Part shown: piece after piece, positions 1 to 13,720 of the stretch
Layout of the letters: each line of letters starts with the position of its first letter
Numbering within the stretch: the stretch's first letter is position 1
Assembly (NCBI RefSeq): GCF_037042905.1
Contig: NC_087263.1
Location: 6,510,001-6,574,000, forward strand
Direction of reading: 5' to 3'
Length of the DNA: 64,000 bases
Origin: Lytechinus pictus
Lineage: Eukaryota
Notes under the pieces: generated by a model
What the model was told of the DNA's origin: nothing
What the model saw: the letters and a program-made list of their open reading frames with translations, nothing else
Databases searched by the model: none
Translations under genes and position numbers: made by a program

Positions 1-520
1 CATCATTTTGGCGCCCCTCGGTTCGAACATCAATTCGGCGTCCCCCTAGTTCTAAAATCAGTTCGGCTCCCCCTGGTTCCAATATTAATTCGGTGCTCCC
101 TAGTTCTAACATTAATTTTGCGCCCCTATTTTGAACATCAATTTTCGCCCCTAGTTCGAAAATCAATTTGGCGCCTCTAAGTTCGTTTATCAATTTTGTG
201 CCCCCTAGTTTGAACATCATTTCGTTGCTCCCTAGTTCCAACATCAATTCGGCGCCCCCTAGATCGAACATCAGTTCGGTGCCATCTGGTTCGAACCTCA
301 ATTCGGTGCTCCCTAGTTCCAACATCAATTCGGCGCCCCCCTCCTAGTTTGGACATGAATTTGGCGCCCCTAGTTCGAACATCCATTCGGCGTCCCCCTA
401 GCTGTAAAATTAATTTTTCGCCCCCCTATTTTAAACATCAATGTTCGCCCCTATTCGGAACATCAATTCGGCGCCCCTAAGTTCGATTATCAATTTTGTG
501 CCCCCTAGTTCGAACATCAA
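1..520. repeat. Minisatellite, ~27-28 bp unit (consensus ~CTAGTTCGAACATCAATTCGGCGCCCC)
   Basis: Many imperfect tandem copies are visible; ~110-230 recurs at ~410-520, suggesting a ~300-bp higher-order period. Runs off the window start. Confidence 0.9.
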
Positions 521-554
521 CATGAAATGGGCGCTTCCGCTCATTTATTAGTTA

Positions 555-846
555 TTCCCCCTTCTCTTTCTTCCCCTCTCTTTTTCTCTTTCTCCCCTTT
601 TTCTTTCTCTTTATCTGTTCCTCTTACCCCTTCTCATCTGTTTTCTTTCCTCTCTTATGACCTCACTCTACCTCTCTTTTTTTATCCTCTGACTTTACCC
701 CCTCTTCCTGTCTCTCTCTCTTTTCTTCTCTTCCTTTCCCCCTTTTCCTCTCTCTCTCTCTCTTTCTTCTCCGCCCTCTTCCTTTTTCTTCTCTTTCTTC
801 CCCGTCTTCCTGTTTTTTTTTAAGCGGAGGAGGGGGGGGGGGGGGG
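555..846. repeat. Polypyrimidine (CT-rich) low-complexity tract followed by poly-G
   Basis: Direct inspection; accounts for the spurious ORFs 527..823 and 663..929. Confidence 0.85.
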
Positions 847-2020
847 CGCAAAGGCCCCCTCGGCCCTCTATTGGATAAAGTGTATAATAAGGATGGAGCC
901 TTCAAGGCCATTTGATCGGTTTTATTCAAGACATTGCACGGCGTCGGATATCCGATATGCGTGGCAATGTGATTGATTTGATTTGATTTGATTTATTCAG
1001 ACAGAAAAATAAAGTATTTACATGTCTCGGGTTGCAAAACAAGGTTTAGGAAAACCCATACAAGTTGACATCCCAGATATGTAAAACGAAATACAAAACA
1101 TATCGATGACATTAACCAAGTAATACATAATATAATGGCAGATAAAAGATTATAGTTTAAGTACAACATCAGGGATACAAAAAATATTTCTTTAAAATAC
1201 TAAGATTGCTTGAAATAATAACTCAAATGTCTAAATGGATATGTTTCAACAGGCACGATTTAAATGCATTGAGAGATGGGCTATTAACTACTATTTCAGG
1301 GAGTTGAGTCCACTCATTGATTGTTTGAGGATAATATGATTTCATATAATAGTCTGTTCTGGCATATGGAACATTCATCTTAAAAGTATTATCATTTCTT
1401 CCTATTCTATTCGCTTGTGTGCACCTATTTATTTCTCCTACATTAACAATCTTATTTACAATTTTATAGTATTTTAAAACAAGTCTATGGTATTTTCGTC
1501 TTTTTTTCTAATGAATTCAGTTTAACTTTTTTTTAACAATACGTTGTAGCTCGTAAACAAATATTTGCACATCATCCTTACGTAGCGTTTTGAATACGTT
1601 CAACCATGTCTTTGTGTGCGGCTCGATAATGATCCCATGCCGTACAATAATACTCTAAACGTGAGCGAATTAGTGTTTCAAAAAGACATTTCAAAATAGA
1701 TTTTTGGCAATTAACACAATTCCTTCTGATGATTCCCATAATCCTGTTACATTTTGTATATAAATCCATGCAATGGTCGTTCCAGTTCAACGAATCGTTT
1801 ATTACAAGACCTAAATATTTTTTCACATTTTACATTTGATAATTCATGTCCATTAATAGAATACATATATGTTATATCGTGATGTTTTCGTGACATATTC
1901 ATAATTTTACACTTAGATACATTAAAATCGAGCATCCACGCTTCAGACCATTTGCTTAAGACTTCTAAATCGTGTTGTAACATCTTACAATCATTTATGT
2001 TAAAGATTGGGCGGTATAAT

Positions 2021-3890
2021 CATGGGTGTAGATCACGGGGGGATGGGGTATATACCTCCCCCAAATATTTCAAATTGGGGGGGGGGGGGTGGCCTGTATT
2101 ATCATCCCCCCAATAATTTAGGGTAGAAAAATTATAATAATGATGATGAAAAAATGAAAAGTTTGATCATGATGATTATAGTGATGATTATAGTATGCCA
2201 TCAATCAGTTCGTTTCCCTCGCAATTTGTGTATATTGTTATTAAATACAAACATTCTTTTCCAGGACTTTTAAGCAGATGAGTGGAGGTTCAAAATGAAA
2301 AAGAATGAAATGTTTATGTACAAAGGACCCCGACGAAAAACAACTTTTGTTGATAGGGTTTCCATCCCACCAGTGGTGAATAAATTAATTCTAATAGATC
2401 AATTAATTCAAAAGGGTGGAAAAATAAACGGGAGTAAAATGGTGGCAAGATAAACGGGGAAAACCCCATGGACGTAAATTCCAGAGGGGTAGATCTTGAA
2501 AAATTACAAATACCTTTTCTCAGATTTACCCCTCCCCACATCCAAGTGCATGATGTTTGTCCCATTTAATCTACAACCCTTTTGAATATCACTTCATTTT
2601 TATTATGTAAAATAAGTAAATCGCCAGGCATCGCTGTCATAAAAAGTTATTGTAACCAAATTCCAATGCGCAAAATTAACAAGCTACCAAGAATTTCTCT
2701 TTGCGCATTACTAACAAAACGCGCTGGTCATGAAACATGTAAAAGCTCTTGAGCAAATTATCTTGATTATATCGCAGACATATCTGAGGCTAAAAATGGA
2801 TGCTAAGCGCAAAAAGTATTCAAAAATAACAAACTTCTTTCAAGCAACCCCAAGCAAGAAAGCAGAAAAAGAAATGAGAAAGGAATATGAAAGTCCGCTG
2901 CAAGAAAAAGAAACAGCTAGTATAAGTGAATTAGAATCGGCATCAACTAGCACCACAGTGGAAAGGAAAGGTGAAGAAATCTTCCATGATGATGAACCAA
3001 ATCACCCCCAAGATCATTCCCCCAATTGAGACAAAATCACAAAAGATATACTTTCAGAAGAAGTGGTTGACGAGATATCCATGGCTCCATTACCAACCGG
3101 AGATCCAAGGAGTGACTTGTTTCGAGTGCAAGCGGGCTGAAGCTATTGGAATCTTGACATTATCAAAGAAACAAGATCCAGCCTTTATTTCTGATGGATT
3201 CAACAATTGGAAAAAGGCTACTGAACGTTTCGATGGGCACCAGATGTCAGAAACCCACAGGTTTTCGGTGGCTCAGCTTAAGGCCCAGAAAAATCCATCA
3301 ATTGACAGTCAACTCAACAAGCAGATCAAAGAACAGCAAGATACTGCTCGCCACTCTCTTGTCAGGATATTTTCTTCAATGAGGTATCTTCTACGACAAG
3401 GAATGCCCTTTAGACGGAGGAATGCCGATGAAGGCAAGTGGAGCAATTGCTTAAGGTTTTGTCTGATGGTGATCCTCAGTTAAACTCATACTTACACACA
3501 ACGAAATTTACTTCTCCAACATCCCAGGAAGAGATCATTCAAATCATTGCATACAAAGTAGGCCGAGAAGTTGTTAAGAACATTGGAGAGCATGGCATAT
3601 ATGGAATCATGGTTGATGGCACACAGGATGTTTCAGGAATGGAGCAGGAAGCAATTTGCTTCAGACACATTGACACAAACTTTGATGTTCATGAGAGTTT
3701 TGTGGGTTTGTACAAAATCCCTGATACCTGCAGCGAAACCATTGCAAACATAATATTTGATGCATGCATATCAACCACTCCCAAATGTCATAACTTGTGA
3801 TTTTAGTGGGGGTAATGTTGAAAGATCCCCATCCACAAGAACATTTGTGTCAATCATCCCCCCAACCAAGAATACCGATCGACACCTATG
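2021..3890 (+). mobile_element. hAT-superfamily DNA transposon, internally deleted (ZMYM1/DUF4371-type transposase remnant)
   Basis: TIRs CATGGGTGTAGATC (2021) and GATCGACACCTATG (3890), 12/14 match. Perfect 8-bp TSD GGTATAAT at 2013-2020 and 3891-3898. Confidence 0.93.
2797..3800 (+). pseudogene. hAT transposase pseudogene (TTF-type zinc finger and DUF4371 region; C-terminal part deleted)
   Basis: FQKKWLTRYPWLHY, CFEC, AFISDGFNNWKKA, HQMSETH, YLLRQGMPFR, FTSPTSQEEII, IMVDGTQDVSGMEQ are spread over three frameshifted ORFs; sequence runs into the right TIR region at ~3770. Confidence 0.85.
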
Positions 3891-6800
3891 GGTATAATAT
3901 ACAATCGTCCGCATATAATCGAATAGTTGATGAAATATGATTAGGCATATCATTTATAAAGCATAAAAACAATACCGGACCTAAGATTGTTCCTTGGGGA
4001 ACACCTGATTTAATTTTGTACCATGAAGAACATTCGCCATTTATAACTACTCTTTGATATCGATTCTCTAAAAAATTCATGATCCATTCTAAATTGTGAG
4101 AAGTAGCACCGTACATTTTAAGTTTTGTTCTTAAAAGATCGTGAGGCACACTGTCAAATGCCTTTGCAAAATCAAGAAAAGCAATATGGACGCTTGAACC
4201 AGACTCCATATTATAACTCCAATCATTAATTGCTTCTATAAGTTGTGTTTCACAGCTTCTCTTTAGACGGAAACCATGTTGAGTGTCACATAGTATGTTA
4301 TTGTCGTTAAAGTGTTCAATAAGATGTTTACAAATAATACGTTCTAAGACTTTGCATGTAACTGATGTAAGGGATATCGGGCGATAATTACCAGGGTCCC
4401 GTTTGTTACCCTTTTTATACAATGGGTATATATTAGCCCTTTGCCAATCATCTGGCAATTCACCTGATGACAAAGGCATGTTTTTTCTGTATTCTGTATA
4501 TTTTCTTACCATTATGTGTTATTAAAGACACAGATTTATCAAGTTCATATACAATTTCTATTTTACTGTTGCGGGGTCTATAATAAACTCCGAAAAAAAT
4601 AAATTTTGTATCTTTAAATAATAATTCGCACCAGATAATTTCACAATTAGTCTCGAGGTCTTCTCTATGGATTATTGACAAACTATCTTGGTACGCGATG
4701 AGAATCCCTCCACCATGTATATTTCTATCTTTTCGTATCACCTTAAAATTTTGGGGAAATATCTCAGAGGATGAAATTTCCGGGCATAAATAAGTTTCAG
4801 TGATACAAAAAACGGTAGGTCTAACATGTTCAATAATTTTTCTTATTTCATCGATTTTGTTTGAAACACTCCTTGCATTTCATGCTAACCCTATGGTTTT
4901 GAAATTAGGCCTTTCTGGGTTTTTTTAACATGCTACTCAAAATATTATCGGAAGCAAATCTTTATCCAAACGAGGTTAAATTCACAAAACATAGCTTCAT
5001 TACTGGTGGGGAGAAATCATTCAGCGAGGATGCTGAGGTCACTGTTAACTTAAATTCGCGTAGTAGTCTATGTGATGACAGGATTAAAGCATTGCTAACA
5101 TGGTCAAATGTAAAGGAGTGAAGATAATGTCAGAAATGTGCATGTTCCACAATATGATCACACCGTGAACACACTTTATCGGAGATTTATTCATTTATTT
5201 ATTTATTTATTAGAACATATTTATTCAGGTACAAAAGATCAGCATAAATGATAAAATTACTAATTGTATAATTTATTCACTGATAAAAAAGCACTGAAAT
5301 GATAATAATGAAATAATTATGGCATTATAGAAAATCGAGTGACGACAATCAGTTATAAATGTATGTCTAAAACTATAAAATATTTTGATACAGTGTGTTT
5401 TCAATTAGTGATAAGTCGCCACAGTCTGTGCTCGGTCTGATCAGAAACAGTAAATTTCCCAAGCCTATTCCATGTTTACTTTTATCCGTGAAACTCATTC
5501 GTTAAATATTTATCTCTCTCTTCACCTATTTACACTTTTTCCTGTCATTAACTTGTAACAGTCTTTATGTTTGCATTAGAAGAATGCCGCCGCACTAATC
5601 CCTAATTTACATTCTGCAAATGGCAAACCGAAATTGTATTGAACCGTTTTGCGATACAGTAAAAGGTCTTCGTTTGATGTAAAATCCGATTTGATATCGA
5701 TTTTACAACTGTGATTTCATTGAAAAAAAAAATCTAAAGATGAAGATCATATGTCATTCGATAGGAATAATGGAGCATGATTAAGACAATTTAGTGTCAT
5801 ATGTAATATTATACTTCTAAATTGTAGTCTTTCTATTTTCAACATGGGTATGTGGACCACCTTTGATTATATAGATCATTTGGAAAAAAAAGAGAAATGG
5901 TCACATTAAAAAAAAATACGAAGTTTTTCTTAAAACGTTACATACAGGCATTTCAATAAGACGATGTACAAAACCCTATGGAAGCCAGGGTCTGTTAGAA
6001 CGGACTGGTACTTTTACAGGATTATTTTAAAACAAATTCGGATAAATATTGTACCATTGTTATCATTATTATTTGAATTATTATTATTATTATTGTGGTT
6101 GTCATTATTTTCTTATGATTATCATAAGCATAGAACTGTTTTATGCGCCATTCAACCGTTAATAAACAAATGACTCCTTGATACAAATATTACAAGACAG
6201 GTTTCTGATAGAAGTAAGCAGGAATAACACGTCTGTTTGATGTGATTTTCTCTTTTTATTCATTTTCAATTTACAGACATTTGAAGATACACCCTCATGC
6301 TGAAATAACCAGAGACATTCGGGATTAATTATACAGAATATTTAGACGTTCAATGCATCTCGTGATAAGGGGGAATTAAAACAGCGGGCACAACGCACCT
6401 CTATCACTGGGCCTCTTTAATATAAATCATGACGTAAACACTCAGGTGTGATCTAATAAGTAAACACTGCAACAGACCTGCCATACCTTTTAAGAGCTAA
6501 TTACCAATTGCATCCGAGCTCAACGCAAATGGTGACGGTGACCAGCATTAATGAAACCCGAGACGATACAAGCACCAATTTCGGATGATTATTTAATAGG
6601 AGTCCTTTTCGTAAGCTGTCACTCTTATCAAGTTCCGTGCTACTTCTGGGGTTGATGTTACCAACAATCTTAACAAACAGAGCCCGATATTAAAGTCGCC
6701 AGTTACTTATAGAAGTCATATTTGGTCGATATCTTACGTGTAATGTGAATAGATATCGATAATCATGTCCGCGCCCTAGCGAGGAAAAATGTCACTCACG

Positions 6801-7115
6801 TTTCTTATATAAGTTTGTCGTCACACAAATAAGATTTTTCATAGACATGTTAGAGGCGGATATCAGGCATTCCATCGGCGACGAAGAACCAAGAGAACTT
6901 TTTACAAGAATATGGATTTTCACTTATTTCAAAGTAAGCAATTATTATTATTAAATTTCATCTCAAAATTCTAGTCTTAAAATAGCCGTTTAATGGATGT
7001 GTACTTTATCAGTCCAGTGTTAAAGGAAGGTCCCAAGGTCGGCACTCGCATGCTTGTGACATTAAGTGTTTATTCTGAATAATGTATCCTAAGACAATCG
7101 TCGCATAGATGAGTC

Positions 7116-8339
7116 ATGACGGACTACAACTTTTCAACGTTTGAAAACTTTACCGGTGTTAGCAAAAGCGATTTATATGGAATGCCGCATGCTGTGCTGT
7201 GGTACGCGACAGTTCCGTTGTTGCTTACCATAATATCACTTATAACAATCATCGGAAACGCCTTCGTCATTGCAGCGTTCTTCACAGATAAGAGAATAAG
7301 GGATAAGCCATCGAATATTCTCATCCTGAATCTCTCATTCACGGATATACTGATCGGATTAATTATTCTGCCAGTTAATATGATATATTCAACCTTGGAT
7401 GTATGGCCCTTTGGTGAAATCGTTTGCAAAGTGTTTTTGTTCTTGGACTACACCCTTTGCATTGTTTCGGTATGGACAGTGGTGTTAATAAGCATGGATA
7501 GATACTGGTTGGTGAAGAAACAGCTGAAATACGCGAGTTTCCAAACCCGTCGACGCGTGGTCGGATCGCTAGTATGCGTGTGGATTGCTTGCTCAACTTT
7601 GTACGCATTCCTAGTATTCGGTTGGACCGAAATTGCTAAGGACGTTGCACTTGTTGATTACGCCAAAGACTGCGAACTGCAATTTAGTTATAGTGTTCCG
7701 ACAACACTTTCTGTGAATGCTGTAGAGTTCGTTATTCCTTTTGCCATAATAGTTACCCTTAATGTGGTCCTGTACTTCAACATACGGAAGGGGCCCCAGG
7801 GGATCGAGAGACGGAGACTGTCAAGCACGAACGGGCAAACGATCCAGTACATCGCGATTTGTTCGGTCAAGTTACCAAACGATTCTGTCAGGCATCCCCA
7901 TTGCATTGGCACAACCCCAATGACTTCGGCCAGCGCGACTGAAGAATTCAATGCCCCCGATGCCTCCGTCACACTGCGCACGCGCAGTAAGAGAGGTAGA
8001 TTTAACGCCGAGTACAGAAAACAGCTGAAAATGCACGCGCAGCATCGGAAAGCCGCGTTCTTCCTTGCCGTTTTCGTTGGGGTGTTCATGTTTTGCTGGC
8101 TGCCGTACCAGTTCACCAGCATCCGGATGGCATTCTGCGGCGAATGTGTTCTGGAGATAACATGGGATCTCACAAATTATCTGCTATGGTGTAACTCTAC
8201 GATTAACCCGTTTTTATATGCACTTACGAACCTCAGATTCAGACGGAATTTTCTATATTTATATTATAAATATAATAAACTATGTTGTCCTTGGAAGCGC
8301 ACACTAGAACCCAATCGGCCTGACAGCGAGGGTAGCTAG
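7116..8339 (+). CDS. Class A aminergic GPCR, histamine H3/H4-like (407 aa, intronless ORF)
   Basis: Seven TM segments; GN(1.50), NLSFTD, WPFGEIVCK, D3.32 (LDYTLC), ISMDRY, EFVIPF (E5.46), FCWLPY, LLWCNSTINPFLY; N-terminal sequons. Confidence 0.93.
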   Translation: MTDYNFSTFENFTGVSKSDLYGMPHAVLWYATVPLLLTIISLITIIGNAFVIAAFFTDKRIRDKPSNILILNLSFTDILIGLIILPVNMIYSTLDVWPFGEIVCKVFLFLDYTLCIVSVWTVVLISMDRYWLVKKQLKYASFQTRRRVVGSLVCVWIACSTLYAFLVFGWTEIAKDVALVDYAKDCELQFSYSVPTTLSVNAVEFVIPFAIIVTLNVVLYFNIRKGPQGIERRRLSSTNGQTIQYIAICSVKLPNDSVRHPHCIGTTPMTSASATEEFNAPDASVTLRTRSKRGRFNAEYRKQLKMHAQHRKAAFFLAVFVGVFMFCWLPYQFTSIRMAFCGECVLEITWDLTNYLLWCNSTINPFLYALTNLRFRRNFLYLYYKYNKLCCPWKRTLEPNRPDSEGS

Positions 8340-8906
8340 TATCTAAGTTTAAAGCCAAATATAAGTTTTGATCCCCAAATGGGTATATCATTGTTCTAGT
8401 TAATTACTACATTGGAATACACTTTTGAGGTATGTGGGACACGAGCTGTATTTTGTAATTTTACATTTTTTTAAATATTTATTGTTGTGGTAAGATGGCA
8501 GGGTCCCAACCGAAATAATGATTTCTGGATTTTTCGTTTTTTCTCTCTCTTCCCTTCTTCTATAAATGTGAAACCATATCGTTGAAGAGTATTCTACTAC
8601 ATTTTATTTGATTATTATTGTTATTATTATTATCACTATCATTATTATTGAGATTTTTCATACTTTGTTGAGATAAACGCAAGTTGACGAAGAGAAGATC
8701 GTGCGTTTTCTGTTTGATAAAGAGCACGTTGTACTTTTTTGTTTGGTTCTTGACGTAAATCGCACAAAGAAAGAATGAATTAGCAAACAGCGCATCTATT
8801 AAATTATTCAAAAATCACGATTTGGTAGTGTAGAAGGATGGGGCTTTATATATGTAGAAACTCCACTTATCAGTTCAGAAGGATTGCTTCCTATTGAAAA
8901 TGTTCA

Positions 8907-9299
8907 AGGGGTACTCCAGGCTGAAAGTAATATGATTTGAACAGATAAAGAAAAATACATGTAAACAAGGCACTAAAAATTTGATCAAATTCGGACAAGG
9001 AATAACAAAGTTATGACATTTTAAGCATTTGCATTGTTTCGGTAAAACAGTTCTATGCATATTCCATGAATATTCAATGACCAAGCTGATGACATCATAT
9101 CCCACTTGTTCTTTTGTATTTCATTACATGAAATTATGTTACTTCAATTTTTTTTGCATATAACTGTTTTTACAAAATGTTGCCAAAATTCAATAACTTC
9201 GTTATTTGTTATCCGATTTTGATGAAATTTTCTGCATTATGCTCAGTGAATTTTACTCTATTTATCTATATAGAATTATTTACAGCCTGGAGTACCCCT
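8907..9299. mobile_element. Kolobok-type MITE
   Basis: TIR AGGGGTACTCCAGGCTG / CAGCCTGGAGTACCCCT; flanks TTCA and TTAA. Confidence 0.75.
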
Positions 9300-9960
9300 T
9301 TAAGTCTTTATTTTCAAACATAGAATTTTATTTGTGAAATGTTAGATAATTTGCATAATTGTAATTAGATCTTAAATTCACGCACACAAACTATTCGACG
9401 CACGCATACATAGGCCACTAAGATGTTGGTGATACGCATCTCACCATTGAACACAATAGTAATTCCTAGCAATAAGCGACACAGAGTAGTAAGCTAGTTT
9501 ATAAGTCTATCGTTTACTTCAGTTATTTGCAAGAATTCCTTACCAAAACCCCATTGTTTAGGTATACTAGTTTTGAAATGAGCATATACGAGATTGCGTT
9601 TTCAATCTTATTATGAATTAAAATGATATTATTTTATATTGAAATTTATTGGCATTTACTATGTCTAAAATTCATTTGAAGACATTGAGGTGTGCCATAA
9701 GGTTCAGTATAGGAATGGAAATATATCAATGTACTCTGTGAATGTACTGCAAAAAACTCGTGTTGAGAGATCAAAATACATTATTCAATGCTGCACTACA
9801 ACATAAAGCATTAAGCAAACTTAATACGTCCAATTGTTCTTATATATATATATATCATTAAAATATTAGTACTAACAAAACCAGGATATGACACATCGAG
9901 CTTATTTGGTAACTTATTTTTTTTTACTGTATAGAAGTATTGTTAAAAGCTGAAAGGCGT

Positions 9961-10786
9961 ATATGAATAGCTCACTTGCAAAAGGGGCCTAGGTCCATTT
10001 TTCATCAAATTTAATTTTTATGTCTCGATGTGTAGATTTTTAGTAGCTCTATAAAATGATACCAAAGAAAAATTGAAATTCCTATTAAAAAGTGAAAAAA
10101 ATGGCAAAGAAAAAACGCTTTTTTTCAAAAGGGGTTAGGTCCATTTCAGTTTAGTTGCAAAAGGGGTTAGGTCCACACAGATTTTTTTTGGAAAAGAATA
10201 TCATAAAAAATATGAAGACAGGTAGATTTCTTTTATACCCAATTTCATGTTCTCATGGAAGGGTATCATGAAATTCAGTTTCGCATAAGAATATTGCAAT
10301 ATGGGAGAATTAAAAAAAAATATTTTCTTGGAGTGGACCTAACCCCTTTTGCAAAAAAACTATTCTGAAACTCATTTGTCTAAAGGGGTTAGGTCCATTT
10401 TTCATAAGTTTGATTGTTTTCTGTCTCTAAACCTCTAAATTTTTAGTCACTCTGATGATACGAAAGAAAATATGAAATTCAAACGAAAACGTAAATGAAA
10501 GTGGCAAAGAAAAATCACTTTTTTAATCAAAAGAGATTGGATTCATTTCAGTTTACTTGCAAAAGGGGTTAGGTCCACAATGATAATTTTTTAAAAAATA
10601 TATAGAAAAAAATTGAAAAGAGGTAGATATCTTTTATACTCAATTTTATGTTCACATGATAAGGTAGTACATCATGACAACTTAGTTCATCATAAGAATA
10701 TTGCAATAAGTGAGAATAAAAAACAGTGTTTTTCTCGGAATGGTCCAAAGTGGACCTAACCCCTTTTGCAACTAAACTCTTCATAT
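9961..10786. mobile_element. Non-autonomous DNA transposon with an internal ~420-bp duplication
   Basis: The motif GCAAAAGGGGTTAGGTCCA recurs in direct and inverted orientation; ends ATATGAATAG and CTCTTCATAT; ~9980-10355 is similar to ~10382-10770. Confidence 0.7.
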
Positions 10787-11221
10787 GTTGATAGCTCTTA
10801 CAAAATGCTGGTAGACATATCGATGATTAGCCTTCGCAAATAAGGGATTTTTCGCCTTGATGGGGTGACGGAGGTTATATTATCATGATAATGCTCGTCG
10901 AACGAGACTTGCTTTTCGTGAGAGATATATTTTTTCAAGGACTTAACACTCTCTAGTGCATCATTGAAAGACGGATCTTTTACCAAAAGGAAGTACGAGT
11001 AAAAATGTGAAAAATTAAATATTTTGTTAGAATTTTGGTGTACAAAGTAACACTTTTTCCTTACCTTATTGTTGAACAGGTGAGTTACAATTTTTGGGCA
11101 TGATGGTGACTTGATTTACATTTACTGAACTTGAACATTCTTCAACAAATCTTAGATGATCACCGATACACTGTCATTTCACATGACATGCATGATTGAA
11201 GTGTGCTTGAGATATAGAAAT

Positions 11222-11486
11222 CAGGGCCCCGTCTTACAAAGAGTTGCGATTGATCCGATCAACCATAACTATGGATGGCCAGTAACGTCAACATCTAAAA
11301 CTCAAGTTTGTTCAAAATATTTTCTAGATATAGTGTATATTCATACATTTATCGATCATTTTAAGATTCAGTGTGATTCTCTTTGTTTACTAGGGAATTT
11401 CTTGTAGAAAAAAAATGGTATGGATGGATTTCCATACAATTTAGATTGATTGGATCAATCGTAATTCTTTGTAAGAAAGGGCCCTG
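11222..11486. mobile_element. MITE (PIF/Harbinger-like)
   Basis: ~40-bp imperfect TIR: CAGGGCCCCGTCTTACAAAGAGTTGCGATTGATCC / GGATCAATCGTAATTCTTTGTAAGAAAGGGCCCTG. Confidence 0.75.
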
Positions 11487-13720
11487 TACTCCCAACTCCC
11501 TGTAGAAATCTTGAAATATCAAATAGAGCGAGTTGATAAAGCAGATGTCAGACACCACTGTGGGTTGTAGGCATGGTTGAGTTAAACCTGGGTTTACTTA
11601 GACCACGTTTTAATGGAGTACCAGTTGTCAACTCATTCATCAATTGAATATTATTTTTGATTTCGGTCCAACCAAATGCTTAAATGTTATTACATTGTTG
11701 TTTTAAGATGATACTTTTTTTTAATTATAATGAGATTACTCATAGAACTCGCTTTTTCAGTGCTCTGTGACATAGTAAAAGGATGACGAAGCGCTGTGGA
11801 TAAGAATATTACAGGAAGAGAAGAAATTAAAACATAAGTTAAATTAACAAATACAAATTAATAGTATATAGCAAACAAAAAATAGAAAAAATACAAAAAT
11901 ATGTGGCATAATAACTTAATAGTTAATATAAACGGTAATCAGAAACAAAAATCACATTAGCAATGGAAACTTTCATCCTTTATTTCTTCAGAAAAGTGAA
12001 CATGCAATATGATTATCAGCATTTTTTTATATCTACATAATTGTATTAACACATAAAAATATGTATAAATAAATATATGTGAAGGAAAGTTGGATAATCG
12101 AAAATGTTATTTCTACCCACAAGGTGCTTTGCAACAATATTTGTGTGTTTTCTTTCTTTCTTCGGGGGGGGGGGGTAAATTGTATCATAATTATCTGATG
12201 CGATACAGTCGACGCCATTATCAAACAAATCTGCACATTTGACATTCCAGTTTATATTCAAGTATGAAAAGGGAAAATCAAGTAAAATCCAGGATAACCC
12301 GGCTATTAAAGTGCTTTAATTTTATCATCGTAAGCTCATCTGAGAAAACGTTTAGAAGATAGTACCTACCGAATATCCTTAATATGTCAATACATTAAAA
12401 GCTACAAATGTTTGACAGATTTACAAAAAACATAACACAAGGATAACACAAGGGCTGTAATTATGAAATCAATATGATGTAGATGTACGTAGACAATCAA
12501 CAGCGTATTATGATACACACACATGCACACACACCATCACACACACACACCTCAGGCAAACGTTTTTCGTTTTTAAACATTTCGTAAATATAACAATATT
12601 GCATTACTATAAATAGGCCAGCTATTTACAAACAAGAAATGATTCGTACGACTGATGTCCCAAAGAATATTGCAATAAAAGGGCCGTTATAGATTTGGTT
12701 GATACATGCTATTGCTTTATACAGACGCAGCCATAGTTAATATCAAAGCTAACACTGTTTATATGATTTTACAAGTATATCGCACTCAACTTCATTTTGA
12801 ATGTACGTGAAAAGATAAGGACATGTCCTTAGTTTACACACACACACAATGCTTTTGAAATTAAGACTAAAATTAGTCACGTTTTTTCTTTTATCTCGCT
12901 TTTGAGGAAACAAATATTAATCATGTTCATACATTTAAGATAAATGCAGCTTTACCATCGAATAGACAGTGAATAAGATGCGCAGTCAAAGCATCATAAA
13001 GTATACTCCTGAAATTAATATTTGATTTTTTTTTTCAAATTGATAAAATCAAATAATCATTATTATTCAAGAAGAATTGGGAAGCCTTTTTAAAAAGAAA
13101 AAAATACATGTTTAGTTATTCCTTTAATGTCGTCTTGAGTGTCTTTAAATTTATCACATTCTAGAATGAAGTCTGCGAACGTGGCCATGACTACATCGAA
13201 AGTAGAATAGATGCAAATCCTAAAGACGGAAAAAAATCATTAAAATGTAATGGTGGGTTTTGTTAGCCTCTAATTAAAAAAAGTCCTACAATGTAGCTCT
13301 AAATAAGAAATTCAGCCTTGCGAGCGCAAAAAGACGTTATTTGCAACAATTTTTACCAAAACCCCATTTGTAGGTATAATATAGCTTCGTCTTAATTAAT
13401 TATAATTACAAATCAAATAAGCGTACACACATCCACCAAAGCACACAAACATATATAAACTGCAGGAATGGACTTGCGGGTTGCTATACCACACTTCCGA
13501 ATTAAAAAGTCACGCCATCATTGGTCATTATTTTTGTAGCTATGGGAACCAATGGGCGTGGCCTATTATAATTTAAAATAAACGATAAGTAAGGTGTAGT
13601 ATACATTAGTAATATTACGTCACAACTCTTTTAAAGCGAATACGAGATCAGAATAGAATCACATGGAAGTAACTGAGAATATGCGAAAAGGGGCTGGCTA
13701 AAGTTTGAGTCACAATAACT

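Larger units (their letters stand above)
971..4900 (-). mobile_element. Non-LTR retrotransposon (CR1/Jockey-group LINE), decayed, internally deleted, interrupted by a hAT element
   Basis: APE endonuclease fragment (RKDRNIHGGGILI, GVYYRP; 4460-4890). RT motifs LPDDWQRANIYPLYKKG, NYRPISLTS, QHGFR, LDFAKAFD, SGVPQGTILGP, LYADD (3891-4480). Continuation LQHDLEVLSKWSEAW, KYLG, RSRLEY (1578-2012). 3' (AAATC)n tail at 971-994. Frameshifts present and the EN-RT linker is missing. 5' boundary is approximate. Confidence 0.9.

Noticed and set aside
1-520. CRISPR-like array
   Set aside because: Units are contiguous and degenerate with no unique spacers; the context is eukaryotic and there are no cas genes.
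7124-8173. Antisense ORFs over the GPCR (likewise those overlapping 33219-34658, 50740-51911 and 54226-55563)
   Set aside because: Shadow ORFs of real coding sequence with no independent protein features.
9961-10786. Regularly spaced repeat array or regulatory system
   Set aside because: Explained by the subterminal repeats and internal duplication of a non-autonomous transposon.
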